Shown piece after piece: positions 1 through 10,024 of a DNA stretch of 64,000 nt (within the stretch, counting starts at the first letter, position 1; every line of letters starts with the position of its first letter). Origin of the DNA: a virus; the IMG/VR virus record IMGVR_UViG_3300010399_000003, positions 48,853 to 112,852 of that record, one strand, 5' to 3'. The notes below the pieces were generated by a model. The model saw nothing but the letters and a program-made list of their open reading frames with translations, was not told the DNA's origin and searched no databases. A program made the translations under genes and the position numbers.

Positions 1-1073
1 AGTCGCCATCAGCGACTCAGCGGCAACTTGTACAGCAAACAATCCAGCAGCAAGTAACGCAAGATTTTGCGTAAAGATTTTCACTACTGGTGGCAGTGAA
101 TCGTAGGCTTTGTACACATTGACAGCGCCGGTCACTGTCATGCTTACAAACTGACCGGTTGTTTCAATGATGCCTTTCAGCATATCCGCGAGATGTTGCA
201 TCGCAGGACCGACTTCAGTTTGTATACCAGCGACTGAATCACGCAACGATGTACCTAAAGCATACCAGGATTTAATCGCCACATTGGTGATTGGCAACAG
301 AACCGTGCCGATTTGTTCAGATACCTGCTGCCACGCGCGTTCCGACGAACCGGCAATCTTCGATGAATATTCCATCGACAGGCCGTACAAACCAGCTTTC
401 TCAGCACCTTCTTTCAGAACCGCATTGAGCAGCGCTTGTTGTTTTTCCGCACCAGTCAAAGCTCCGCCACTCTTGCCTATACTCTTTGCGTATTCATCCG
501 TTGCTTGTGTCAGTGTTGTCGTGAAACCAGCACCACGTAAAAGCATCGTATTCATGCCTGTGATGCCGGCAACAATTCGCTTGAAGGTCTCTGATGAACT
601 CTCACCAGAGATTGTCGCCATATTTTGCGCGACTGCCGAAAGCTCCGTAGCTCGTTTCAAATCGATATGCGCGCTGAGCAACTGAACAATCGCATCCCGA
701 GATTGGACGCCAGTGATACCAGTCTTTTCAATTTTAATTGCGAGATCATCAATGAATTTTGCCGAGTAACCAGCGTTCTGGCCAAGGAAACGCGTGACGC
801 CACCGAGCTGCTCTAAGCGAGCACCGGCCATCAACGATTCTTTAACGATATTGGTTGTAAAACTGACAGCTTGTTGCGCATACGATGCAAGAGTATTTCC
901 AAGAAAAGCACCAACCGTTGCAGCCGAAGTCATGCTGCCCTGAAGAGTATCAATCCCCTTTGCGGTGTGCAGCGAAGCTTCGCCAGTCTGCTTAAGTGCG
1001 ACGTCAATTCTCGCCAAGATTGACGAGAGTTGATCTTCGAGAGTAATGTTACCTGTAAGGGTTCCGATATCCA
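1..1073 (-). CDS. Tape measure protein, N-terminal part (partial; continues past the window start)
   Basis: Translating the reverse complement from the ATG at 1071-1073 gives a long open frame: MDIGTLTGNITLEDQLSSILARIDV...GITGVQSRDAIVQLL...GLYGLSMEYSSKIAGS... It is Ala/Gly/Gln-rich like a tape measure protein. It follows G/GT-like chaperone genes, and its ATG overlaps the upstream stop (TAATG). Confidence 0.55.
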
Positions 1074-1418
1074 TTACTGTTTCTCAAGTTCGTCCCACGG
1101 AATCGGTGGTGGAAGCGGCATATCGATTGGAACACCCATCAAAATCCGCATTCTCATTTCTTGTTGCTCTGGAGTCTGTGTAACCTTCTGTGGCTCCTGT
1201 TCTTCGAATTGCAAACGAAAATCTTCGAGTGAATAGGCGCGTTGCCCTCTTCCACGATAGATATTAGCAAGCACCGTAGCGATTGAAGCGGCACGATAAT
1301 CCGCGCGTAATTCGTTGAAGGGCTCAAGTCGTGCATACAATTCCCATTCAATGAATTCCTTGGCCGTGAGACTACGGAGCATCCGTTTCACGCTGGCTTT
1401 TCCAAGCCTCACGGCCAA
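1074..1418 (-). CDS. T-frame segment of tail assembly chaperone (GT fusion made by -1 frameshift from the G gene)
   Basis: Frame is -1 relative to 1451..1846. The -1 frame stays open from 1574 down to 1076, overlapping the G C-terminus. It lies immediately upstream of the tape measure gene. Confidence 0.5.
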   Translation of the reverse strand: MAVRLGKASVKRMLRSLTAKEFIEWELYARLEPFNELRADYRAASIATVLANIYRGRGQRAYSLEDFRLQFEEQEPQKVTQTPEQQEMRMRILMGVPIDMPLPPPIPWDELEKQ

Positions 1419-1450
1419 TTGATATGCAAAGCGACGCCGTGATGATCGCT

Positions 1451-1846
1451 TCAGTCTTTTTTTGTTGCTGCTTCCGCGTTCACCGTCATGCCATTGAGTT
1501 TCAGGATTTCTTTGACGATCCGTTCCGTCACCTTGTGACTCTTCTGGCGAAACACGGCAATGTTCTTCGGATTGTCAGCGAAACGCACGCCTTTGCTATT
1601 CACAAGGCTCTTCGTGATCAGCCGAAGACCAGCAGTCCGTTTGGCCTCACCCTCGTTTGCTTCTGACCACTCGATGAGATCACCAGCGGTCAGTGAAGCA
1701 ATCCGAAATGGTTTGCCAGGAGTGAATCCCTCAATGGTCGCATACTCAACGTCATTCGCGCTGAGGATGTCATCCATTGACTCGACCTGATTCGTGTCTG
1801 TCACCGCAACAGCTTCTTTTTCATCCATGATTTTCTCCCCACGCAT
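1451..1846 (-). CDS. Tail assembly chaperone (G-like)
   Basis: 131 aa, acidic. It sits between the tail tube-like gene and the tape measure gene and ends in an A7 slippery run. Confidence 0.5.
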   Translation of the reverse strand: MRGEKIMDEKEAVAVTDTNQVESMDDILSANDVEYATIEGFTPGKPFRIASLTAGDLIEWSEANEGEAKRTAGLRLITKSLVNSKGVRFADNPKNIAVFRQKSHKVTERIVKEILKLNGMTVNAEAATKKD

Positions 1847-1928
1847 TTAGCGCCCGATCTTTCTTCTACGTCAGTGTCCCTCGCAAAGATCGGGCAGAAA
1901 GTGGACTACTGACGCTGCGTGGGGCAGC

Positions 1929-2381
1929 TTATCCGCCGTACACGACACCGTTGATCGTGAACAGCCCACTGAAAACGAGAGTCACGTCTGCCGACAGTTT
2001 TCCATCGACAGGCGCCTTCGGCGAAACTGCCTTGACCTGACCGCTCATGACCCATACGGACGCGCCACCGGCCGCAGGGAACGTGAACTTGTAACCGTCT
2101 ACCGGCGGTGGCTCCGTGATGAGCGCCGCAAGCAAGCCGGTCAGGTGGTCGTGCGTTCCGTCATTCGGCAAGAAATTGAGCGGAATCGTACAATCGCCAC
2201 GACGTAGCACGCCCAGCACGCGTGCATCGATGTTTCGATTCTGCGTCGTTGCGTCGAATTCCGCACGTGACATTGGCGGGAAATTCACGTCACCGAGTTC
2301 AGCGATGTCCGTGAAAACCGTCGGCGTCGCCGCGAGAGCTCGCGCAACTTTTGTTCCGTGACCACTGATCGCTAGTGTCAT
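1929..2381 (-). CDS. Major tail (tube) protein
   Basis: 150 aa. Position directly upstream of the chaperone genes; predicted beta-rich. Confidence 0.45.
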   Translation of the reverse strand: MTLAISGHGTKVARALAATPTVFTDIAELGDVNFPPMSRAEFDATTQNRNIDARVLGVLRRGDCTIPLNFLPNDGTHDHLTGLLAALITEPPPVDGYKFTFPAAGGASVWVMSGQVKAVSPKAPVDGKLSADVTLVFSGLFTINGVVYGG

Positions 2382-2406
2382 CTGTTGTTTCTCCTGTTGA
2401 AAATCA

Positions 2407-2808
2407 TTACGACGGAGCTTTCTCGGCTTCTATGTTAAACACGAGCTGAAACCGTCCAGAACCATCTGCACCCATGTCAGTAGGTTCCTGTCGTGCTCGA
2501 ATGCTGAGATAGAACACGCCGCTCAGCACAGTGTTGGTAACTCCATCCAATGAATTGTACGCTGCTTTGCTCATCGCACGCGCTGATGCATAAGTCGCAG
2601 CACGCACAAGAATTTGAGCAGTTGGTCGTTGAGTCGCCGCCGTCGTTTGATTCTGTTTTCGTGAAGGTGCCATTCCACCAGTTTCTGAGACGGTCAGGTA
2701 AGGACCATTTCCAGTCGGAATGATCGCCGCGGAACTCTTGAAAATGGATGTTCCAAGAACTCCGACCCCGTCCGAAACTAATTTGGCTGCAATCTCGTCA
2801 AGAAACAT
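2407..2808 (-). CDS. Tail terminator/completion-like protein
   Basis: 133 aa. Call rests on position only. Confidence 0.3.
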   Translation of the reverse strand: MFLDEIAAKLVSDGVGVLGTSIFKSSAAIIPTGNGPYLTVSETGGMAPSRKQNQTTAATQRPTAQILVRAATYASARAMSKAAYNSLDGVTNTVLSGVFYLSIRARQEPTDMGADGSGRFQLVFNIEAEKAPS

Positions 2809-3242
2809 TATTTTTCGTCAAAATTCAAACGCACAGCCAATCGCCGAAGCATATCGTGCTGAGCCTCGTTAATCGGTCCTTCCAAATACTTAGGTCCAGT
2901 TCCAGGAGTCGTCCACGAAATCGGATGTCCATTTTCCATCGCGGTAATCCACGACGGTGGCGAATGATCAGAAAGATGTTCGTGAACTGCAATTGCATAT
3001 TCACTGGCTGCGCCGCCGTAGGACATCGTCACAGTGAAATTGTCGCCCTCTTGAACTGGTTTCGAAACCATACCGCTCGCACGCAACGTTCCGCCATCCA
3101 TAGCGACCGGACAGCGACGTTTCGATTCCGTCATGATTTCTTGCGCTTCTTGATACAATGCAGCCTTGACTCGCTGTGGAGCTTCTCGTGCGATTTTTCG
3201 CACAGTTGAACGCATTGCCTCAAGACCGCGCCACTTAATCAT
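2808..3242 (-). CDS. HK97 gp10-like head-tail joining component
   Basis: 144 aa. Position and size. Start overlaps the upstream stop. Confidence 0.3.
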   Translation of the reverse strand: MIKWRGLEAMRSTVRKIAREAPQRVKAALYQEAQEIMTESKRRCPVAMDGGTLRASGMVSKPVQEGDNFTVTMSYGGAASEYAIAVHEHLSDHSPPSWITAMENGHPISWTTPGTGPKYLEGPINEAQHDMLRRLAVRLNFDEK

Positions 3243-4471
3243 ACGGTCGCTGCTTCTTGTTGTGCCAGCACGTATTGAATGGCTTCAGCAAAATCTTTTC
3301 CAATGCTCGCCCAGCGAAAACGATCTTGCTTGACTAACTCCAAACCAGCTTTAGACAATTCAGCTCGTTTCTCTTTATCGTTGTACAGAGTATCGAGTGC
3401 TGTAATGAATGCGTCCTTATCCGGCACGCCGCCAATCACATTCACATATGGCATGCCGATTGCAATGTTGGAACACGGAATTTGTATTGCAGCATCGGCA
3501 GTCAATTCACCGAGTGCCGCCCAGTTCGGTACGATCTGTGGAACACCGCACGCCATTCCTTCAAAAGTGGTCAGTCCGAAACCCTCGCCCTGAGTCGTCG
3601 AAATTTGCACATCGAAACAATTGTATGTGTCGCGCATGTGCTGTTCCGAAACGCCATACCAAACAGGTGGTTCCATGAATGCCAGTTTAGCAAGCACGCC
3701 ATAGTAACGAGCAAGCTGCTTCACGTCAACGCCAGCTTCTCCGGTTGGCGCCGCATGCAAATACAAGAATGCATCGCTGATCTTCTTGGACTTGATCCAT
3801 TCAGCAAAATATTGAATAGTTAAATCCCAACGTTTCCGTGGCTGATTGCGGTTCACATTTCCAACAATGAATGCGTCATCCAAATCTTTTGGTAGCCGAC
3901 GGCTCCGACATTCCAGTCGATCCATCGGCCAATATGTGTCCAGATCAACACCCAAAGGAATGACCGTCGCAGGTCCGCGATATGATCCATTTCGCGCTTC
4001 ATCCATCGCGAATTTTGTCCAGAAGATAGCAAGCGAAATACCTTCAAGCCACGGCCCTTGAAAATTCTTCCCGTCAACAGCCAGCGATACGATCACCGGA
4101 ACCTTTTGGAACTTCGGTAACTTCTGCAACTCATCGATGTAGAACGGAATATTCCATCCGTCCTGCTGAATAACAATGACGTCAGGTTCAACGTGTGCAC
4201 ACATCCATGGCAATCGACCAACGCCAAAGAAATCGCCACCAGGAGCTGCTGCAAAAATTGGATACGGATACTCGTGCGGATCACCACGATAATTAATGCC
4301 CAAAACAGTCACGTCGTAAATCTTGTGCAGTGTCTCCAGCGTTTTATGAGTCGCCAGAGCGAAACCACTCGGACATCCGGCATCTCCAATCCACAGCAAC
4401 TTCTTCTTCATACGTTGTGTCCCAACAGCGCGATGACCTCTGGACGCCAAACGATTTGATCGGCCGTCCAT
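3239..4471 (-). CDS. Glycosyltransferase, GT-B fold (GT4-like)
   Basis: 410 aa. GT4-type motif ...TTQGEGFGLTTFEGMACGVPQIV... Confidence 0.65.
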   Translation of the reverse strand: MDGRSNRLASRGHRAVGTQRMKKKLLWIGDAGCPSGFALATHKTLETLHKIYDVTVLGINYRGDPHEYPYPIFAAAPGGDFFGVGRLPWMCAHVEPDVIVIQQDGWNIPFYIDELQKLPKFQKVPVIVSLAVDGKNFQGPWLEGISLAIFWTKFAMDEARNGSYRGPATVIPLGVDLDTYWPMDRLECRSRRLPKDLDDAFIVGNVNRNQPRKRWDLTIQYFAEWIKSKKISDAFLYLHAAPTGEAGVDVKQLARYYGVLAKLAFMEPPVWYGVSEQHMRDTYNCFDVQISTTQGEGFGLTTFEGMACGVPQIVPNWAALGELTADAAIQIPCSNIAIGMPYVNVIGGVPDKDAFITALDTLYNDKEKRAELSKAGLELVKQDRFRWASIGKDFAEAIQYVLAQQEAATV

Positions 4472-5115
4472 TTCATCGTCTCAAGAAAGTGACAATCCCC
4501 ACCAACGAAGGAACCCCACGTTCCAAACATCTGAGGATCGTTTGGGATGAGCATCATCGGAGTGCCGACATTCCCGCAGCGCAAAATTGCACCCTGCCAC
4601 AAGACAAGACCATTCGGATATTGCATCCTGAACAGAACCGGTCGGTCAGGAGTTTGAAGCATGGCATCGGCCATGAGTTGCCGTGTGCCAGGTGCATAGT
4701 AATCATCGTCATCGATATGTGCAATGTATTGACTACTCGCCTTTGGCTGTGCAAAATTTCGTTCTGCCGCACCCCAATCTTTTCCAGGAGGACACGCAAG
4801 GAAACGAACCTGCGGCCCAAGAAACTGTTGTAAATTTGCTTCCAGCGATTCATCACCGACTAACACGATTTCGTCACCAGCTTGCAATTCAATCGACGCC
4901 AACGTTCTAGCCAAAGTTGGCCGACCGATTGTTGGAACGAGGAAGCTAACTGTTGACACCAGCGCCTCCAATGCCACGAAGCTGTTCCCAACTCGGATCA
5001 GATTCCCATTTCGTCCGATAATTTGAAGCTGCGCGTTGAAATTTCTGATGATGCGCAGTCCATTCAGCATCGGTGAAATATTCCGGAGTTGCACTCTGCT
5101 TATGCTGCACTCCAC
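4408..5115 (-). CDS. Glycosyltransferase, GT-A fold (true start likely internal, near 4960)
   Basis: SFLVPTIGRPTL... and HIDDDDYY (DxD). The listed N-terminus overlaps the upstream gene, so the real start is probably later. Confidence 0.45.
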   Translation of the reverse strand: MECSISRVQLRNISPMLNGLRIIRNFNAQLQIIGRNGNLIRVGNSFVALEALVSTVSFLVPTIGRPTLARTLASIELQAGDEIVLVGDESLEANLQQFLGPQVRFLACPPGKDWGAAERNFAQPKASSQYIAHIDDDDYYAPGTRQLMADAMLQTPDRPVLFRMQYPNGLVLWQGAILRCGNVGTPMMLIPNDPQMFGTWGSFVGGDCHFLETMKWTADQIVWRPEVIALLGHNV

Positions 5116-5590
5116 ACTGGACTACAGCATCACAAACATCAGCTAATCGCATTCGACGAAGATAATCCATATCTTCGAAATACGCATAGCCAGGAGAAAT
5201 CGTTTCATCGAAAACGCCGACCTTCTCGACGCATGCATCGCGAATCAGGAAGCACGAAAATCCGAATCCGCAGCTTACAAAACTTGCAGTGGCCGCAACC
5301 ATCTTTTCCAATGAGTCCGGTGCGAATGTAATATCGTCATTCGTAATGAATCGCTCTTCGCGGATATTCGTGATGAACCAATTCCAGGCCTCAGCAAGAC
5401 CCATCGGTTCAGAAGGCGAAAACACATTGACCGGAAATGTTGCTTCCGCGATTGCTTTCGTCAATCGTGCATTGTCCTGCCCATTATCGATGATTTCCAT
5501 CGTTAGCGGAACCGTGCTTTCATTCAGCGACAAGATCATCTTCCGCAAAAGATCATATCGTTTCAGCACAGGCACGCACACGCTAATCAT
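4946..5590 (-). CDS. Glycosyltransferase family 2-like
   Basis: MISVCVPVLKRYDLLRKMILSL...IIDNGQDN, a GT2 N-terminal signature. Confidence 0.6.
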   Translation of the reverse strand: MISVCVPVLKRYDLLRKMILSLNESTVPLTMEIIDNGQDNARLTKAIAEATFPVNVFSPSEPMGLAEAWNWFITNIREERFITNDDITFAPDSLEKMVAATASFVSCGFGFSCFLIRDACVEKVGVFDETISPGYAYFEDMDYLRRMRLADVCDAVVQCGVQHKQSATPEYFTDAEWTAHHQKFQRAASNYRTKWESDPSWEQLRGIGGAGVNS

Positions 5591-6249
5591 AGTTTCTCCT
5601 TCAATGTGTTAACAGCGTCCCTCACTGCAGCTGCATGAATCTCAGCCCAATAATTCGGACGTCTTCGCACAATGTCCTTATCAGCTTCTACAAACACCTG
5701 ATCAGGAGAGTAACCGGACCAATCGTGTTCAATCTGCACATCGGGAACCATGATGCACCGATCAAAGACTTGCATCACATCACGTAAGAAAATATCACCC
5801 CAGAAGATTCTCGGATCCCATAGAAAGCCAAGCGCATTAGTAACACGACGCGACACGGTGGCGAACGGAAAGTGATCCTGATTCAGGGTCGACACACCGA
5901 TGTCGAATAGACCATCCGGATACTGGTTCGCGATTTCCAATATCCGCGTGGACCAATCAGGTGTTCGAAAGATCATGTCGTCGTTGCCACACATCAAAAC
6001 GTCGCCAGTCGCCACGCAATGCATTTCGTTGAAGAACGTTGGCATACTGTCGTAACCATTGTAACGCGGTCCGACAACAACATGTTGATCATGCAAAAAT
6101 TGCTGGCTTGCCACATCGTCATCATCAACGCGAAACACTAGCTCCGCGTCCTCCTGATGGACAGTCTGTTCAAACGATTCAAACACCTTACGCAACCGAT
6201 GAACGCGGTTTCGCGTTGGGATAAGGACGGACACCTTGGTGAATGGCAT
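5587..6249 (-). CDS. Glycosyltransferase family 2-like
   Basis: VSVLIPTRNRVHRL...FRVDDDDV. ATGA overlap with the downstream gene. Confidence 0.6.
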   Translation of the reverse strand: MPFTKVSVLIPTRNRVHRLRKVFESFEQTVHQEDAELVFRVDDDDVASQQFLHDQHVVVGPRYNGYDSMPTFFNEMHCVATGDVLMCGNDDMIFRTPDWSTRILEIANQYPDGLFDIGVSTLNQDHFPFATVSRRVTNALGFLWDPRIFWGDIFLRDVMQVFDRCIMVPDVQIEHDWSGYSPDQVFVEADKDIVRRRPNYWAEIHAAAVRDAVNTLKEKL

Positions 6250-6389
6250 GTTTGTTCATCAAGTGCTGCAGCACTGCCGCTTCCTGGTCTTTTGTCAGAT
6301 TTCCATTGTCGTCAGCGATGAGCGCAACGTTATCGTAGAATTCATCGCTGCATTTGGAGCAACCACGAAGTAATCCATTGAGTTCCATA

Positions 6390-7988
6390 TCAGTGCCCCG
6401 CGTATGAAACAGTGCTTGCGGCCGTCAGCGTTCCTTTGTGAACGGCTTCATCCTGTTGTTTCCGAATACGCACATCTTCGTCCCATTCCGCTTTTGCCCA
6501 CCCATTATCAACGAGGAAATCAAACATCATTCGTTTGATGGTAAACATTTCCTTGATTGTCGTCCCATGCGGGCGGACAAGAATTTCGTCGCGTGCTGAG
6601 AACCCAACAATCCATTGATTATCGTAATTGTAATCTAGGATTTCCAATCCGCTTTCTTGTGGGTGTGTCCACCATCGTGAACCTGGATACGGAATTCCTA
6701 CTGCAAGATTGCAAGAATCCAAATATGGTTTGACAGATTTCAACCACGCTATGGTCTCTTTTGCGGTCTCCATCGTTTCACCGGCAAGACCAGCAACCAA
6801 GAACGCGATCGTATAGAAACCGTGTTTCTTCGCGTTAACCAATGCCGCAGTGTTCTGCGCGACCGTCGTACCCTTCCAATTTGCATCGAGGATTTTTTGA
6901 CTCCCTGATTCAATACCAAAACACGTGACTCGAGTGTTCATTAACTTGAGAGATTCCGCAACATGGTCATCCATAGTATTGACACGAGTATGGATGCGGG
7001 CAGCGAAACTCCCCGAACCAAAAGCAGCATGAACAGCAGAAGCAAGCTCACGAAGCTTAGTGCGATGAAGCGTGTAGGTATCATCTTGGAATTTGAACAT
7101 CCGCACGCCTTTATCCATCACTTGTGCCATTTCCGCAATGATGTTATGCGGCGAGCGATATCGAGGTTTCTGACCGATCCACGGCGTGGAACAATATGTG
7201 CACTTGTACGGACAACCACGTGTCCCGATGAGCGACATGACTGCGCTCGATGAATCAGGGTATTCCGAGTTCGGAAAGTATCGCTTCTTCATGACAGCGA
7301 CACCGTCGTTGTAAATGTGATCTTGGGGCAAAAGATCCCATGCGGGGAACGGAATAGCATCCAAGTCCAGAACGTCAGATTTATCTCCGTAGTAGAAAGG
7401 CTGCAACTTTCCAGCATCCCAATCTGTGAGCAACTGACGGACTGCAACTTCACCTTCCATCACCACTACAGCATCAAATAATTCCCGTCCGTCCAGAGCT
7501 CGATAATCACGGCGCTGGCGAAGAACTCCTTGATAGTGATAGTTTTCTTGTCGCCCTGCTTCTTTGACTTCTTTTGGTTCATACGAAGGATGCGGACCGC
7601 CGGCAACAAGCAACGCTTCCGGGCAACGATCTTTGATGTAAGCAGCGAGTTCCAGAGCCTCACCGAATTGTGGTGTACAGAAACCAAACATATGAACGTC
7701 GGAATCCATGACGTCTTCGGGGAGGTGGATGTTGCCTTCATAGCGTTTATCCAACATCGAAGTGACGATAACGTCATGCCCATCTTCGCGAAGCAAACCA
7801 GCGATGTATAACACGCCAAGCGGAATGTTTGTCTTAGAATCAGCAAGCCATGGCGAGCTCGGCAAAATGCAGTGAATCTTGCGCGGACGGATTTTTCGAA
7901 TCGGCAATCCAGAAGTCGTAATGGCTTCACAGAGCGTATGATCGCTCATTTGATATCCCGATGAAGCCATTGTTAATCGTTTGGACAT
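6390..7988 (-). CDS. B12-binding radical SAM enzyme (class B-like); start adjusted to the internal Met
   Basis: N-terminal B12-binding-like region. Radical SAM cluster GTRGCPYKCTYCSTP (CxxxCxxC). The listed ORF start overlaps the upstream gene. Confidence 0.7.
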   Translation of the reverse strand: MSKRLTMASSGYQMSDHTLCEAITTSGLPIRKIRPRKIHCILPSSPWLADSKTNIPLGVLYIAGLLREDGHDVIVTSMLDKRYEGNIHLPEDVMDSDVHMFGFCTPQFGEALELAAYIKDRCPEALLVAGGPHPSYEPKEVKEAGRQENYHYQGVLRQRRDYRALDGRELFDAVVVMEGEVAVRQLLTDWDAGKLQPFYYGDKSDVLDLDAIPFPAWDLLPQDHIYNDGVAVMKKRYFPNSEYPDSSSAVMSLIGTRGCPYKCTYCSTPWIGQKPRYRSPHNIIAEMAQVMDKGVRMFKFQDDTYTLHRTKLRELASAVHAAFGSGSFAARIHTRVNTMDDHVAESLKLMNTRVTCFGIESGSQKILDANWKGTTVAQNTAALVNAKKHGFYTIAFLVAGLAGETMETAKETIAWLKSVKPYLDSCNLAVGIPYPGSRWWTHPQESGLEILDYNYDNQWIVGFSARDEILVRPHGTTIKEMFTIKRMMFDFLVDNGWAKAEWDEDVRIRKQQDEAVHKGTLTAASTVSYAGH

Positions 7989-7998
7989 TACCCAGTCC

Positions 7999-8775
7999 TC
8001 AGTAAGGTTTGCTGCCCTCGTAACGTGCCCACAATTCACGGATGTCTACACCGAGTTGATTCAATTGCGAATGTGCCAACTCAATGTCCCGTGTTGCAGA
8101 GTGCTGCGGATGATAAAAGAGCACCTCCGGAATTCGCACAAAGTCGACACCGTCCTTGTACAACTTGTATTGGAAATGCGTTTGTGAATGACCCCATGCG
8201 GATAGTTTTTCATCTAGACCATGAACTGCATCGAACGCATCTTTGCGTGCAAGCCAGACACCTGTATCGATGGCTGTATAATCGTACGTCATCCCCGGCA
8301 TATTCTGCAATATGCCAGCTCCATCAATACGCCATCTTGTTTCTTCGCACTGACTCATGTTTACATGAAGATGACGTCCATCTGCAGTGATAAATCCATT
8401 CCAGGAATTATGATGTGCTTCACGAACTTGCAAGAATTTCGCGAGAAGATTTGAATCTAACAAATAGTCGGCACGGCAAAACAAAACCCACGGAGTTCGT
8501 GCATAGCCAACCGCTGTGTTTGTCGACCACGCATGAGTCTTAAGCGGATCATCATGTTTCAACGAATGTAATTCAACATTTCGTATCGGAAATTCAAATT
8601 TTTCCAATACTGATTTGATTTGCATCACTGAATCATCAGTATCGTTATCAACAATAACAAGTGATTCTACAAAATGCTGCATCAAAACAAAATCTTGCTT
8701 ATACAACGAATACAAAGCTGCTTCAAGATTCGCTAAGGTCAGGCTCTTAAAATAGACGAAACAGATCGTGATCAT
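7999..8775 (-). CDS. Glycosyltransferase family 2-like
   Basis: MITICFVYFKSLTLANLEAALYSL...IVDNDTDDS. ATGA overlap with the upstream gene. Confidence 0.55.
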   Translation of the reverse strand: MITICFVYFKSLTLANLEAALYSLYKQDFVLMQHFVESLVIVDNDTDDSVMQIKSVLEKFEFPIRNVELHSLKHDDPLKTHAWSTNTAVGYARTPWVLFCRADYLLDSNLLAKFLQVREAHHNSWNGFITADGRHLHVNMSQCEETRWRIDGAGILQNMPGMTYDYTAIDTGVWLARKDAFDAVHGLDEKLSAWGHSQTHFQYKLYKDGVDFVRIPEVLFYHPQHSATRDIELAHSQLNQLGVDIRELWARYEGSKPY

Positions 8776-9155
8776 CCGATCATCACCGTCGTTGCAATCG
8801 GATTCCCAGTTCCGGCATCCACGAATCCACCGATATCCAATGTTGGACCAGAATCACCATCTGGAAAGATGAACTGATCGTCATTATCAATGCCCTGACC
8901 ATTCGTCGCTGCGACGATTTCGGCAATATCAAGCAGTGTGATCGTTGCACGTGTGACGGTCAGGACTCCCTCTCTCGTCCGAACTTGCTTGGCTTGAAAA
9001 TCGACAATCGCGTGTAAAGGAACAGCAGTTGCGTATGTCTTCGCACCATATTCATCCGTGCCAGTTTCACGTTTGTACATCACCGTCGCTTGAATCGGCC
9101 GTGTCACCCGATTTGCAATCTCGACGCCAGAACGAAGAACATCGAGTAAACTCAT
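8772..9155 (-). CDS. Head-tail adaptor/closure-like protein
   Basis: 127 aa. Translationally coupled, downstream of a connector-like gene. Confidence 0.3.
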   Translation of the reverse strand: MSLLDVLRSGVEIANRVTRPIQATVMYKRETGTDEYGAKTYATAVPLHAIVDFQAKQVRTREGVLTVTRATITLLDIAEIVAATNGQGIDNDDQFIFPDGDSGPTLDIGGFVDAGTGNPIATTVMIG

Positions 9156-9754
9156 GGCCGATAATAGGATCCATATGAGACGACATCGAATTGCGCAGTC
9201 TGCACAAATTCAATGCTCTCATCAGTCAACCAACTTGGCACCATCCACACGTCCACGATCTGTGGTAACAAGGGCAACGGTTCGACGTTGTCCTTAAAGT
9301 TCACGGACACTGAACCGGCACTCACCGATTTGATTCCCTGTATTGCCACATCATTTTCGATTAGTCGATCCGTTTTCGAAATCTGTCCGGCGAGTTCGGC
9401 TGTGGCAAATTTCAAATCTTGTGGAATGACGTTACTCGGAATCGCATTTCCATTCCGATCGTACATTCCAATGCGAGGCCATGGCAAGGCTTGAGTCGTA
9501 GTAGCCGGTGCGCCAGTCCAGGTGCGGCTGATCAGGTAACGGTCGCCATCGCCGGAATCCGTTCGGATTAAGCGACGATGCAATGTATAGGCAGCAACGA
9601 TCATGCGAGTCGCAGTGATGAGTAGCGAAGTTTTCTCTTCGGCGGTCTCATCCCACAGTGCAATATGCGCACGGTCAGCCCAATACGCATCCGCTTCTTC
9701 AACAGTGATGAACGAATTGGAATTAGCACCACCGACTGTTGCATCCAGAGGCAT
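9152..9754 (-). CDS. Head-tail connector protein (HK97 gp6-like N-terminus)
   Basis: N-terminus ...SFITVEEADAYWADRAHIALWDETAEEKTSLLITATRMI... resembles gp6-like connectors. Confidence 0.4.
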   Translation of the reverse strand: MPLDATVGGANSNSFITVEEADAYWADRAHIALWDETAEEKTSLLITATRMIVAAYTLHRRLIRTDSGDGDRYLISRTWTGAPATTTQALPWPRIGMYDRNGNAIPSNVIPQDLKFATAELAGQISKTDRLIENDVAIQGIKSVSAGSVSVNFKDNVEPLPLLPQIVDVWMVPSWLTDESIEFVQTAQFDVVSYGSYYRP

Positions 9755-10024
9755 TTATTCCTCCTTGGGTTTCAACGCCTCAGTTTCTTCTGCGCGGATG
9801 GCTTCGAGTTCGCGTTCACGAGCTGCCATCATACGTTCCCGGATCACTTGGGAATTTTCTTCTGAAGTGCTGATTCCTTCCGCGTTGCATTTCAGGATTT
9901 CCGCGTTCATCACGTCTTGAATTCGCCGCGCTTTAGCACGACTTGAACCAGAACGACTGACTGCCACGCCAACGGCCGTGACAATTTTCGATTCCGGCTT
10001 GGGCGTTGGTTCTTGAGACATCAA
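9755..10024 (-). CDS. Hypothetical virion-module protein (Glu/Arg-rich)
   Basis: 89 aa. Coupled to neighbouring genes. Confidence 0.3.
   Translation of the reverse strand: MMSQEPTPKPESKIVTAVGVAVSRSGSSRAKARRIQDVMNAEILKCNAEGISTSEENSQVIRERMMAARERELEAIRAEETEALKPKEE

Noticed and set aside
167-816. Plus-strand ORFs of 172 and 63 aa at the window start
   Set aside because: They are antisense to a long, well-behaved minus-strand tape-measure open frame that starts at 1073 with stop-start overlap.
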